From a virus, in the IMG/VR virus record IMGVR_UViG_3300046616_000188: a stretch of 64,000 bases of DNA. One strand, written 5' to 3'. This document shows, piece by piece, positions 1 through 9,871 of the stretch. Numbering within the stretch: position 1 is the first letter of the stretch; each line of letters starts with the position of its first letter. Under the pieces are notes generated by a model that made no database searches, was not told where the DNA came from, and saw only the letters and a list, made by a program, of their open reading frames with translations. A program made the translations under genes and the position numbers.

Positions 1-319
1 CAATGATTTTGCTCGCCATGTTCTCACGCTGAAGCTGAAGATATTCCTTAATATTTTCAAGCTCTTGGACCCTGATACGGTTCTCTTCCTTGGTACTGAT
101 AGCTGCCAGTTTCTGAGCAACTTCCTTCTGCTTCTGATCCGGTGTCAAATTTGGATCAAAAATAATTTTGTAAAAAGTGTTTGACGAAATATTGGCGTCA
201 CGCTTTTCTTCAACTTCTGCCTTCTGAGCCGTGGTGGCCTTAGCCTTGGTGCCAATGATTTCAGACAGTCGGCTCGACGTGGCCTGCTTCAGCTTTGCGC
301 CATTTTCATAATCACTCAT
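1..319 (-). CDS. hypothetical coiled-coil protein (partial, runs off the window)
   Basis: Manual translation MSDYENGAKLKQATSSRLSEIIG...QRENMASKII is open to base 1; its ATG overlaps the stop of the 312..632 ORF. Confidence 0.6.
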   Translation of the reverse strand, partial: MSDYENGAKLKQATSSRLSEIIGTKAKATTAQKAEVEEKRDANISSNTFYKIIFDPNLTPDQKQKEVAQKLAAISTKEENRIRVQELENIKEYLQLQRENMASKII

Positions 320-632
320 AAATTTTCTCCTTTTCAGTTACTACATTTCTAGCGGCTCGAACGAGCCGATTCCAATGATCGACTCCTACCGCAATTTGAT
401 CCTCTTGTGAAGAGCTTTTCACCTTATCGAAAAATTTAACTGCTTTGGCTAATTCATCGATATCGACTTCTATCTTTTTTGCCTCGACGTACTGGAACCA
501 AAGCTCATTAAGCAACTCACTAATATCATTGAAGTTACATTTTTCGTTGCATTGAAACACTCTTTGTTCCAAGTCCCATTCTTCAACGGACTCCCATTTG
601 ACAGGGACGCGTTTAGTGTGTATACTTGCCAC
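312..632 (-). CDS. hypothetical protein
   Basis: 106-aa ORF coupled to neighbouring genes in the leftward operon. Confidence 0.6.
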   Translation of the reverse strand: MASIHTKRVPVKWESVEEWDLEQRVFQCNEKCNFNDISELLNELWFQYVEAKKIEVDIDELAKAVKFFDKVKSSSQEDQIAVGVDHWNRLVRAARNVVTEKEKIYE

Positions 633-643
633 GACACATCTCC

Positions 644-961
644 TTATTCGTCACCAAATTTCCATCTCATATAAGCCATGAGGTAGTTATGAATATTAGC
701 CCCGCCGACAGGGTTTTGACTATGAATGAACCACTGGAAGTCAACATTGACGATGCCGCCGCGCTCCTGATCAAGATCAACGAGATATTTGGCGCAGTCA
801 TAGCCGTCCAAACTGTCATCACCTAGATCGTGATCGAAACTGATAAAATTGATATCTTCCGTGGTATAGAGTACCGTATCGACAAATTCACTATAATTTC
901 TTACAACGACAAAGTCAAGGTAGTTGATCGGAATTCTTTCGTCATCGAGAAAAATGTTCAT
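644..961 (-). CDS. cyclic-phosphate-processing receiver-like (cREC) domain protein
   Basis: Motifs IFLDDER, ISFDHDLG, GYD and HSQNPVG match the divergent receiver family found in large phages; start moved to the ATG overlapping the upstream stop. Confidence 0.6.
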   Translation of the reverse strand: MNIFLDDERIPINYLDFVVVRNYSEFVDTVLYTTEDINFISFDHDLGDDSLDGYDCAKYLVDLDQERGGIVNVDFQWFIHSQNPVGGANIHNYLMAYMRWKFGDE

Positions 962-1173
962 CAAAATACCATAAAATAAATGAGCCAAGAGATTAATGAA
1001 ACTATTGTAGCAGCACCGATCCCTAATAGTGCAAATAGACTACCAACGAAAGGATCATCATCGGTCCCGAAATAGATTGCCGTGCCGTAACCGAGAATTG
1101 TTATGAAAGTAGGAATTAGCCAATATCCAAATGTAATTGTAAACGTCATTTCAAATTTTCCCTTTTCAACCAC
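961..1173 (-). CDS. small membrane protein
   Basis: Two hydrophobic segments. Confidence 0.55.
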   Translation of the reverse strand: MVEKGKFEMTFTITFGYWLIPTFITILGYGTAIYFGTDDDPFVGSLFALLGIGAATIVSLISWLIYFMVF

Positions 1174-1354
1174 TTCTTAAATTCTTTTTTATAAGATTCA
1201 GGAACAATGGCAACCATCATCCCTCTACCGTCTCTGAACAACTCATCCAACTTATTATTCTGAAAAACTTCGGCATGGCTGATGTTTTCGCCTTTGGTCC
1301 GTTGCAGCGAGACGACATTGTCTTCGTCATCTACGATCCACATGTATTCAACTG

Positions 1355-1729
1355 TCACGGTTTTACCTCAATTATGCTGATCAGTCTAAGATAAGGTTCT
1401 TCTTTTTGTTTCTTCTCAAAGACGGCCATGGCGCGAGATTGAGATTCGAAGACAGGGGAATCAAAATACTGCGAATCCAAATTTCCGTCATAGATAAGAT
1501 TGACATAGCCCCTGACGGGGCGTTCCACTTCGACAATCAGCCCACGTTCATAATCTTCATCTCTCAAGTAAGCCGTACCGATGGCGGGAGTCTCATCATG
1601 ATTTTTATAGTGATGGACCGCTACGCCGCCGTTTTCATAGCGGGCCAAACAATGTACCAAATATTTTTCATTTTTGGCATAGGTGTAAGATTTACCCGGT
1701 GAAATCTTTTTTGTCATGAAAAACTCCAT
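1355..1729 (-). CDS. hypothetical protein
   Basis: 124-aa ORF coupled within the leftward operon. Confidence 0.55.
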   Translation of the reverse strand: MEFFMTKKISPGKSYTYAKNEKYLVHCLARYENGGVAVHHYKNHDETPAIGTAYLRDEDYERGLIVEVERPVRGYVNLIYDGNLDSQYFDSPVFESQSRAMAVFEKKQKEEPYLRLISIIEVKP

Positions 1730-1773
1730 TCATTAACTTAGATATGACCTTCTTAGTTTCGCCGCGCCATTGC

Positions 1774-2349
1774 TCATGTTTGATTTGGTAGACCATTTAC
1801 TCCACCTCCGTTAAGATTTATGGGTCGATCCAGTATAGCTTTTAAGCCTTCAACAGTGACTTTGTCATTACGCTCCCAACCTTCTTCTAGAGCGAGAATG
1901 TATAGGGAAAGTTTAAGATTCTTTGCCAAGATTTCTTCCATTGCAGCAATATCACCGTCTAGAGCGCTTAGCTTTCTGAAGTAATTCTTGCCGGGGATGG
2001 GAGGTGGAATTTTACCACCATTTTCAATTATTTTAGCTTTGAATTTTTCAAAATTTTCGTTGCCTCGGCGCTGGTTACAAGCCCAATGACTGAGGGGAAC
2101 ATTCTCCTTAGCACTAGAACCGCCTTTAGATTTGAGGTGTACATGCTCAAATGTGGCATTACTTTTAGGCGTTTTGCTTTTTTGCTTCCCAACGCTGATC
2201 GTCATAGGTTTGCCACACAAGCAGCACACCCCATCCTGTTGCTTGAACAGCATTACCTTTTTTCTATGCTGTTTCCTTACCCACGCCTCTGGAATGGTAG
2301 GAATGATAGCTTCGTATACGATAAGCTGTTGTTGCTGTTCCGGCGTCAT
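1774..2349 (-). CDS. HNH endonuclease
   Basis: CCLCG...TFEHVHLKSKGG...N...HWACNQRRGN; AAGGAG ribosome-binding site before the ATG at 2349. Confidence 0.8.
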   Translation of the reverse strand: MTPEQQQQLIVYEAIIPTIPEAWVRKQHRKKVMLFKQQDGVCCLCGKPMTISVGKQKSKTPKSNATFEHVHLKSKGGSSAKENVPLSHWACNQRRGNENFEKFKAKIIENGGKIPPPIPGKNYFRKLSALDGDIAAMEEILAKNLKLSLYILALEEGWERNDKVTVEGLKAILDRPINLNGGGVNGLPNQT

Positions 2350-2359
2350 GACACTCCTT

Positions 2360-3004
2360 TTATATCTCGTCAGCTTCTGCAAATTTTCTAGTCCTGAGCG
2401 ACTGGCAAACACCTTCAGTGATTTGCCTACCCGTCGCGCCTAGAATCAATCTCTCAGTCAATTTAGCCATATTATCTCTGGACATATAAGGCAAGCTCAA
2501 TTTTTGACAAAGTTCTACTAATTCGGCGCGCCACAACAAATTTAACATAGCTCTGGTGCATGGCGTGTCATAAAGTGACTTAAATTTCCAAGTCTGATCC
2601 ATATATTTATTGGCATTTTTCTTTGGCTCGGGATAGGTCCAAACATTGTTGCGAATCTGAGGGCTGGTGAAAACACTTGATAGGAATTCGGTCGGCTCGT
2701 AGCGCACCCCTGCCCCGTTGGCGTATTCTTTTTCGATAAAGAATTTCCGATCAAGCACGAGAAATGTCTGATGCGAGCACGCATTGAAAGCCTTCCACTG
2801 ATGCTCCAAACGTTTCAGTACGTCCCGTTCGCTCTTAATTTCAAATAGTAAAATTTCAGCTGGTCCAACAACGGCTAGATCGGCGCGCGGGCTTCCGGTC
2901 CCTGCCGTGTTCAACTCGTGAATGATTCGTGATCCGGGTCTAAATTGTCTAACCTTATCAATAACTGTATTTCTAATTTCGCGCTCTACTGAACTGCCTG
3001 CCAT
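2360..3004 (-). CDS. PD-(D/E)xK nuclease-fold protein (MmcB/sce7726-like)
   Basis: RADLAVV...LFEIKSERD motif. Confidence 0.65.
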   Translation of the reverse strand: MAGSSVEREIRNTVIDKVRQFRPGSRIIHELNTAGTGSPRADLAVVGPAEILLFEIKSERDVLKRLEHQWKAFNACSHQTFLVLDRKFFIEKEYANGAGVRYEPTEFLSSVFTSPQIRNNVWTYPEPKKNANKYMDQTWKFKSLYDTPCTRAMLNLLWRAELVELCQKLSLPYMSRDNMAKLTERLILGATGRQITEGVCQSLRTRKFAEADEI

Positions 3005-3227
3005 ATCGGGGATAAATCTCGTTTTTGTGTTTCGAATAAATATTCATAATATTGTGTAAAGTGATTGATGCTGTGTCAATGTCACAAATACTTAGCCATG
3101 TGGCTAAGTGACGACCTGTCTCGTAACGAGGCCCTGTAAAATAATCATAATTATCAATTTGGGACGGTAAATCACTTAGTTTGTCGCTGAAGCCGTTTAA
3201 CATTGCTTCATAAACGGAATGTGTCAT
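2973..3227 (-). CDS. hypothetical protein, first gene of the leftward unit
   Basis: ORF directly downstream of the leftward promoter. Confidence 0.5.
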   Translation of the reverse strand: MTHSVYEAMLNGFSDKLSDLPSQIDNYDYFTGPRYETGRHLATWLSICDIDTASITLHNIMNIYSKHKNEIYPRYGRQFSRARN

Positions 3228-3238
3228 TAAATATCCTA

Positions 3239-3287
3239 TTGACTTATCGAATTTTGGTGGTATAAACGAACCTTCTTAAAAAGTCAA
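3239..3287. promoter_or_regulatory. overlapping divergent sigma70-type promoters sharing one -10 region
   Basis: Plus strand TTGACT(3239-44)-N16-TATAAA(3261-66) with TGn; minus strand TTGACT(3287-82)-N17-TATACC(3264-59); sits exactly at the strand switch. Confidence 0.65.
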
Positions 3288-4085
3288 GCTCCTTTAAATC
3301 ACTTAACACGGAGATAAAATGACCGCTATAACGGCTAGACATAAATTTAAAGAAGTACATGTCGATGGAGAAAGATATATCAGCGATGACATTGAGAGCC
3401 AGATTAAGTGGCTCCAACTCCGAAGCGAAGAGCTTTATATAGAATCGCTTTTTGATACCAAAGCCGCTTTCATTAAATTATATCAGATCATAGGGATGAT
3501 TTCAGTTGAAAATAATTAATTACTTTTGTTACGCCATCACTTTGGCGATCCTAGGCGTTCTCGTTTATAACTACGACCTAGTTTTTATCGCCCTGCTGTA
3601 TATTTTCAATCCAAGTTCGTGACATGACAAAATTGCGATTCATGAAATCGAGCCCTCCCGGCTATGTCGAGGTCCGTTGGGGCAGCATTTTGCTTTATTC
3701 TAATAAAGAATCTGAAAAAGCGTTAAATTGGGTCAAGTTGCATTATAAGTTGACAGACACGCAATTGGATGCCATATATTCCGAATTCGAAAAGGAGGGC
3801 TAGCCATGAACGAAGAGCTAACATTGGATCGTTATGAGATTCTAGAAGATTATGCCATTCCTCATCCGACAGGTAAATTAGTCCTGTTTGCCGATGTCGC
3901 TGTCTTGGTCGAACGATTGTGTAAAGTGATTGAGGCACATAATGGTGCCGCTAACAGTCCAGCAAATTCAGTATTCATGAATTCGCCTCCTGAAGTTTGG
4001 GACGCCGTTGTGGACCGTGACTTAGCCATTTCGGCAGAGGTTTGGGCCGAATTCGCCGCAGCCAACGGCCTTTGAGACTTTCGGC

Positions 4086-4427
4086 ATGACTAAAAATTTA
4101 TCAAGATTGGATCGCGCATTCGTAAGAATTTATCGCGAAGAGGCTTTGATTGAGCAAAATAAAAAGTGCTGCTACTGTCATGAGCCATTAACATTTAAAA
4201 GCGTCACGGCTGAGCATAAGAAGCCGCGAAGCAAAAATGGCTCCGACGCTAAGGAAAACATCGCAGGCTCTTGTAGGCCATGCAATGAGGCAAAGGGCAC
4301 CATCTCAGACGCCAAGTTCAAGAAACTTATTAAAAGTTTCCCTTCCGGCATGAGTTACAAAATTATTTTATCTTGGTCCAGACGTAGGATCAATTTGGCG
4401 CTGGAGAGATTTGAAAAGGGATGGTAG
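4086..4427 (+). CDS. HNH endonuclease
   Basis: CCYC...TAEHKKPRSKNG...NIAGSCRPCNEAKG. Confidence 0.8.
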   Translation: MTKNLSRLDRAFVRIYREEALIEQNKKCCYCHEPLTFKSVTAEHKKPRSKNGSDAKENIAGSCRPCNEAKGTISDAKFKKLIKSFPSGMSYKIILSWSRRRINLALERFEKGW

Positions 4428-4963
4428 GATTTCGGAATAAAACTATCAAAACTGAAATGCCTCTATTCCCGAAACGACACATCATCGGACCTTATGCCGT
4501 TGGGATAGAGCCGTACCACAATCCTTATTATAGGAGAATAATCATGCCCGGTAAACCCCCGTCAGAAGGGCTAAGCTCTTCAAAAGGTAAAGAATTCAGG
4601 ATCGTCCCGAAATGGCCGTGGTACGAGGTTCAGCGCAGAACAATGTTTTTCTTTTGGCGTAAGCTTCACAGTGCTGTCGATCTAGGTACGGCGGAACAGT
4701 TTATTCAGAATTTAAAAGATGAAAGAAAGCTGGCAGCACTAGATACAGAGATAAGGTATTATTAAAAATGGAAATTCAATTCAATTACGTGATCGGTAAG
4801 TTTTGGAACACAGATTCTGATCAAATTGGATGCTACACCTATGGCAACGAAGTTAAATATGGGACAATGGAAGACGCATTGGGCTTCCTAGACTATGTCA
4901 AGAGCCAAAACCCCGACACAGCGTATCATATTTTCCGTATCGACGTAGATAAGGATTTGGCAC

Positions 4964-5797
4964 ATGGCCGCTAAGTGGCTCATCGATTCATATATGTTTG
5001 ATAACAATCCGTTGTATCACACAATTCCTGAAAATTTAAAAAGTTTGGGAATTGACCATCACGTGACAAAATATGTCCCGTTCGCTACGGAGCAAGATTA
5101 TGGTCCATATCTAGACGGTGACAACGTCATCCTCTATGGCACCATTGGCTATATCAAGAAGTGCAAGAAGATTTTCACGCCGGGAGCTTATGGATTTACC
5201 TCGAACCGGCAGTGCAACGTCTATATGACGAAGATTCCTCATCATTGGTTCCTCAACTCAGATTATATCATGCTGACGTGGGGTGACCTAAAAGCGAGAT
5301 GGCGCTCGATCTACGAACTGCTTGGAGCGTATGAAATTTTCATCAGGCCAATGTCTGGCGACAAGAGTTTCACAGGCCAAGCCATCTTCTACAGCGATTT
5401 CGAATATGAGGCCAATTCGACGCAGCAGCTGACATCTGTCACGGACGAGACCATCGTCATGATTGCTAGGTCGAAGAAGCATGACATTAAAGGCGAATTC
5501 CGATTCATCATAGGCGCTGGCGAAGTTATTGCTGGTTCTGAGTACAGATGGGATAACAAGCTCGACGTTCGCCGGGACTGGCCCCTTGAGTGTGAAGAAG
5601 TTGCTACAGCTGTTGCGAAACTTCCGTGGCAGCTAGACACTGTCTACAGCTGTGACGTTGCGTTGATGGCTGATGGTACGCCCAAGATAGTCGAATTGAA
5701 TTCCTTTGCCTCATGTGGCTGGTACGCCTGTGATCAGAAGAAAATTTTGACTAGGGTTACAGAAATTGCAGAGGCTGAGCATAATGAGAATTTATAA
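4964..5797 (+). CDS. ATP-grasp domain protein (R2K/DUF4343-like)
   Basis: IFIRPMSGDKSFTG, EFRFII, YSCDVA...IVELNSFASCGWY. Confidence 0.75.
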   Translation: MAAKWLIDSYMFDNNPLYHTIPENLKSLGIDHHVTKYVPFATEQDYGPYLDGDNVILYGTIGYIKKCKKIFTPGAYGFTSNRQCNVYMTKIPHHWFLNSDYIMLTWGDLKARWRSIYELLGAYEIFIRPMSGDKSFTGQAIFYSDFEYEANSTQQLTSVTDETIVMIARSKKHDIKGEFRFIIGAGEVIAGSEYRWDNKLDVRRDWPLECEEVATAVAKLPWQLDTVYSCDVALMADGTPKIVELNSFASCGWYACDQKKILTRVTEIAEAEHNENL

Positions 5798-6103
5798 AGA
5801 GAATTACAGCGGCAGGTATGTGTCAGAACTGAGTGTAGCAGCTGCGGCACGCTCCATGGTTGAGGATTGCTACGATCCTTATAAGAAGCCTGAGAGCGTA
5901 ACGCATGACCAGATAGAACAGCTGACTGAACTGGTTGCATTCCTTTATCAAAAGCTGGATGAGAAACACGTGTTGAACCGGTACGATATAAAAGAAATAT
6001 TCACAATGGGTTTTAGGATTGAAGATGAATAGCAGACCTAGACCGGCACCTCCCGGCATGAGAGGTCTCGACAATATTTTTATGATTTTATGGAGAAAAG
6101 TGC

Positions 6104-6364
6104 ATGGCCTATTCCGTTGATTTTCCCGGTTCGAATCTCAGACTCGGTCCTCCTGAAGGGATGACAGAGGAAGAGGTTTATAGCATGCATGTCCATTACG
6201 CCAATGGGCATTTCATCTCGTGCTGGCTCCTATCAGATGAAGAGATAGAAAAAATCGTTGAAACTAGGTGCGTCTGGCAAGCTCTTATGGGAAACGGGGC
6301 TCAACCTAGTTTCATCAGTGGCGATCTAGAATCAGTAATTGGGTTGGTTTATGGCGAAAAATAG
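6104..6364 (+). CDS. hypothetical phage protein
   Basis: GGAG ribosome-binding site; ISCWxLSxEE pattern. Confidence 0.55.
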   Translation: MAYSVDFPGSNLRLGPPEGMTEEEVYSMHVHYANGHFISCWLLSDEEIEKIVETRCVWQALMGNGAQPSFISGDLESVIGLVYGEK

Positions 6365-6544
6365 GCACTAATAATGTAGCGTAGGCTATGTAGATAAAAT
6401 AAATCTGTTTGTTTTCAACGACTTATAAGAAAATAATCAAAATAGGTTACTATCACGGAACCTTTCTCTTATGTTATGCATTATCTCGTCAGACAAACGC
6501 ATGGGGCGGTGGTCAATCGAGTAACGGAAAACAGGAGAACGATA

Positions 6545-6976
6545 ATGGCTAACACTAACGAACTTGGCACTATCAAGGTAAACGAAATCAACTGGAGCGG
6601 TCGTGCCGCTGCCGCATTGAAGAACGGCGGTCTTCTGGATAAGACCCTTGCCGATCTTGAAAACATGAAGGATGACGAACTTCTGTCCGTTAATCGGATG
6701 GGACGTGGTTCGCTGGGTGAGATTCGACAGAAGATTGTTCAAAGCGCGGCACGCCTTCGTGAAGAAAAGATGAGGCAGGATATGGAGCGCCGAGCCGCTT
6801 CTGTCAAGGCACCGACGAACGAAGTAACGAATACTTCTTTCGAGGATCGCGGCGCGATCAGGATGCGCGAAAATCAAAGGTCGGTAGAGGATAAGGTCAT
6901 GGAATTCGCTAAAACGCATCCTTCCATCATCTCCTCCATTATGAATGAGGAAGTTATTCTGGTTCCCAAACTGTAA
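6545..6976 (+). CDS. RNA polymerase alpha-subunit C-terminal-domain-like protein
   Basis: IKVNEINWSGRAAAALKNGG...TLADL...DELLSVNRMGRGSLGEIRQKI matches the alpha-CTD HhH pattern; AGGAG before the ATG at 6545. Confidence 0.75.
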   Translation: MANTNELGTIKVNEINWSGRAAAALKNGGLLDKTLADLENMKDDELLSVNRMGRGSLGEIRQKIVQSAARLREEKMRQDMERRAASVKAPTNEVTNTSFEDRGAIRMRENQRSVEDKVMEFAKTHPSIISSIMNEEVILVPKL

Positions 6977-6983
6977 TTTCTCA

Positions 6984-7046
6984 TTGACATTCACGTAATG
7001 TTCTGATACAAACCTCCCCATATTGCTATGGGGAGGTTTTTCTTTG
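6984..7046 (+). promoter_or_regulatory. sigma70 promoter overlapping a 13-bp hairpin that contains the next gene's RBS
   Basis: TTGACA(6984-89)-N17-TACAAA(7007-12) with TGn; perfect stem 7010-7022/7027-7039; GGAGG at 7032-36, 7 nt before TTG at 7044. Confidence 0.6.
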
Positions 7047-7352
7047 GCCAAAAAATTCTTTTTCAAAAATCTTCCGGCTTACCAAGAAGGGCATTTCGCC
7101 CTCATCAAAAGTCCAGATGACGGATTGTGGTATAATTATCACATACAGTCACAGTTGAAGGCGATGTGGATCATTGCCCCTTTCAAACAAAAAAGAGATG
7201 CGTTAGCCTTTGCTAAATCTCTGAACGATGCAGAGATCGATTGGGATGTCAATAGTGACATTCAACTACTTGAGAAAAACGATGCGAATCATGTACACAC
7301 AATTATGTCGCGAATTTCTCGCGCCGTGAGACTTGGCTTGGATGCGGATTAA
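7044..7352 (+). CDS. hypothetical protein
   Basis: TTG start with GGAGG RBS, in frame with the 7023..7352 ORF. Confidence 0.55.
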   Translation: MAKKFFFKNLPAYQEGHFALIKSPDDGLWYNYHIQSQLKAMWIIAPFKQKRDALAFAKSLNDAEIDWDVNSDIQLLEKNDANHVHTIMSRISRAVRLGLDAD

Positions 7353-7633
7353 CAACTAGTACAACAACGGGGGTTTTTACCTAAATGGCGCGATTTACTA
7401 TTTTTGTTACCTACAAAAAGACTGACGACGTTAATGGCGATATTGTTATAGACTATGACGAGGATGGGCAACTAAGCGAAGAACTAGAGCGCAGACACAT
7501 TAGTCTTTTCAATATTGTTGGAGAGATGAGACTGAGATACAACGGGCACATGGGCCAGCCAATTTCAATGGCTCAGTGCTTCGCAGAAGGCGATTTCGGG
7601 CCAACGGGTGTGATGCATTAAGAATTCAGTTTG

Positions 7634-7678
7634 CCCTCTCCTCGCCACTGTACTTAGAGGAGAGGGTCTTTTCATTTT
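7634..7678 (+). terminator. rho-independent terminator-like hairpin
   Basis: CCCTCTCCTC / GAGGAGAGGG 10-bp stem followed by a T-rich tail. Confidence 0.5.
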
Positions 7679-7693
7679 AAAGGATAACATTTT

Positions 7694-8095
7694 ATGAATA
7701 TGATTAATAATAGTGAATGGCTTTGGCACGGCGCGCTTCATGCAAAAGCAGTGGTTGATGATGAAGGCACGATTCATCTCACCATGACAGGCGGCTACGA
7801 TCCGACTGATCCAGCTACCAGAATTGGCGATACTTGGACTTGGCTAGGCGATCAAGAATCATTCCTGCTAGATTGGGTTTTTGTCAAAGAACTTGAGCCA
7901 GATGTCGTTGAAGTGCCGCTTACAACGACGTGGCTCCTTGTCGTTAAATTCCCTGATGGCTCTATCGACTATCACGCCGATTTTTTTACGACTAGGGAAG
8001 AAGCGCTACAAGCGTTTCAGGCAGAACCTGACTGCGTCATCACTGGCGAGCCATGTGAACTGATTGACGTGATGGAAGTGTCTTATTATGGCTAA
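7694..8095 (+). CDS. hypothetical protein
   Basis: 133-aa acidic ORF coupled to the next gene. Confidence 0.55.
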   Translation: MNMINNSEWLWHGALHAKAVVDDEGTIHLTMTGGYDPTDPATRIGDTWTWLGDQESFLLDWVFVKELEPDVVEVPLTTTWLLVVKFPDGSIDYHADFFTTREEALQAFQAEPDCVITGEPCELIDVMEVSYYG

Positions 8096-8732
8096 GACTT
8101 TGACCCGCGTAATTGGTGACGTGCATGGAAAATTCGACCAGTACAAAAAGATCATAAAGGGAGCGGAACGCTCTATTCAGGTCGGTGATCTAGGCGTTGG
8201 CTTCAAGAAATTGAATTATGAAGGAGAATTGGTATGGAGTACCAATCCTCCTCATAAGGAAATGGTGAAGCACTCGGCCAAATTTCTACGTGGAAATCAC
8301 GACAACCCTGACGTGTGCCGTAAACATTCTCAGTGGATCGCAGATGGCACGGTTGAAAACGACGTGATGTTTGTTGGCGGCGCGACTTCTATCGATAGAG
8401 CTTATAGGATCGAAGGCCAGTCGTGGTGGGCCGATGAAGAGTGCAGCCTGTCTCAGCTAAGACATTTCGTTGATCTTTATGCTGATATCAAACCGCGTGT
8501 CATGATCACTCATGAAGTGCCTGAATCTATCGCTGATGGAATATTGGCCGCAGTGAATCGAACGAAACTTGACGACCCGAGCCGCACCCGGCAAGCGCTT
8601 CAAGCCATGCTTGAGATTCATCGCCCCGAGATATGGATTGCGGGACATTGGCACGTCAACATCGATCAACAGTATCAAGGCATGCGCCTCATTGTTTTAA
8701 ACGAATTAGAATATGTAGATTTGGAGCTTTGA
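8088..8732 (+). CDS. calcineurin-like metallophosphoesterase
   Basis: GDVHG, QVGDLG, RGNHD, ITHEVP, AGHWH. Confidence 0.88.
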   Translation: MAKTLTRVIGDVHGKFDQYKKIIKGAERSIQVGDLGVGFKKLNYEGELVWSTNPPHKEMVKHSAKFLRGNHDNPDVCRKHSQWIADGTVENDVMFVGGATSIDRAYRIEGQSWWADEECSLSQLRHFVDLYADIKPRVMITHEVPESIADGILAAVNRTKLDDPSRTRQALQAMLEIHRPEIWIAGHWHVNIDQQYQGMRLIVLNELEYVDLEL

Positions 8733-9226
8733 TGACAGGCGTTACAGAAGTTAAGATTTCATTTTTTAAACCTACCGGATATGAAGACACATACCATGTA
8801 GCCACGACCGATAGAGGCGCAGCGGCTAAGAAGGTCATGGAAAGGTGTGAATTCGAACTTCCTCGTTTGAATTACATATTAACCAGAATCGTGGATGAGA
8901 GATACGTACCCGAAAATTCTATATTGGAACTATAATGACTAAAATAGTAGATTTTAATCTTTTTAAAGCTAAGGCGGAAACGAACCCCAAACTTTATAAC
9001 AGGGAAACGAACGAGTTCTGTTACGCCGTCGAATACTACCACGACGGCAAAAGATATTGTATGGACCTATGGGCCAAGACATGGACCGATGCGGAACTTA
9101 AATTAAAATCAGTCCAAGACACAGCGGTTGTGGTAGGAAAATTGGTTGAAAAAGAGGATTGACAACCTGCCATAATCACTTTATTAATCGTCATAGTGAT
9201 TTTGTTGATCATAAGGAGATAATTAA

Positions 9227-9871
9227 GTGAATAAGTATAACGCAAGTTTTGTTTTCGGCACAGCCCTCACCGCTGTAACTTATGCCATCGGCGCTGTAGC
9301 GGGTTGGGTCGATCCTCACAACATCAATTGGATCGAATTCTTCGCGGTCTGGACCAGCTATGTCTGCACTCTGATGTGCGTGTATCAGACCCGTTGGAAT
9401 TATCCAATCGGCGCTGTTTCGACCATCCTTTCCGCCATTTTGTTCTACAAAATAGACTTACCAGCTATCGGACTTTTCAATATCCTCCTTTCGATTAATT
9501 TGATCTATGGCTGGTTCCGCTGGCGCGACGATGAAGACACCCGCCCCGTCACTAATCCATCACTGATTTGGTGGGTCGGATATGTAGGCATAGCCGCCGC
9601 AACATATGCCCTAATTACTGTGGTTAACAACTATTACGGCTATAGCCAGACTTGGATCGATATCACAACTGCGGTAGTCTATGCCGTGGCCCAAGCCATG
9701 CTAGACAATAAGCACCGCACCAATTGGGCCGTGTTTTTCGTGCTGAATGTTCTCTCGATCTATCTGTTCTTCAAGCAGGAACTGTATTTCGTGGCACTTC
9801 AATATCTGTATTTCCTCGGAAATACTGCCTATGGACATGTATCGTGGCGCATAGAACCTCGCACCGCTTAA
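9227..9871 (+). CDS. pnuC: nicotinamide riboside/NMN transporter PnuC
   Basis: About 7 transmembrane segments; WNYPIG, YGWFRW, AQAMLDNK, YGHVSW motifs; NadR lies 0.9 kb downstream. Confidence 0.85.
   Translation: MNKYNASFVFGTALTAVTYAIGAVAGWVDPHNINWIEFFAVWTSYVCTLMCVYQTRWNYPIGAVSTILSAILFYKIDLPAIGLFNILLSINLIYGWFRWRDDEDTRPVTNPSLIWWVGYVGIAAATYALITVVNNYYGYSQTWIDITTAVVYAVAQAMLDNKHRTNWAVFFVLNVLSIYLFFKQELYFVALQYLYFLGNTAYGHVSWRIEPRTA

Noticed and set aside
1-319. TelA/toxic-anion-resistance-like identity of the first partial ORF
   Set aside because: Only generic coiled-coil character is visible in the available fragment.
6456-6482. ECF/RpoE2-type promoter (GGAAC...GCATT) upstream of the alpha-CTD gene
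   Set aside because: The -10 element is only a partial match and there is no second example to support it.
6437-7066. 209-aa antisense ORF, and the many other overlapping ORFs on the track (for example 10924-11355, 27844-28257, 45959-46378, 47271-47759)
   Set aside because: They are shadows of well-supported genes on the other strand, with no RBS, motif or operon logic.
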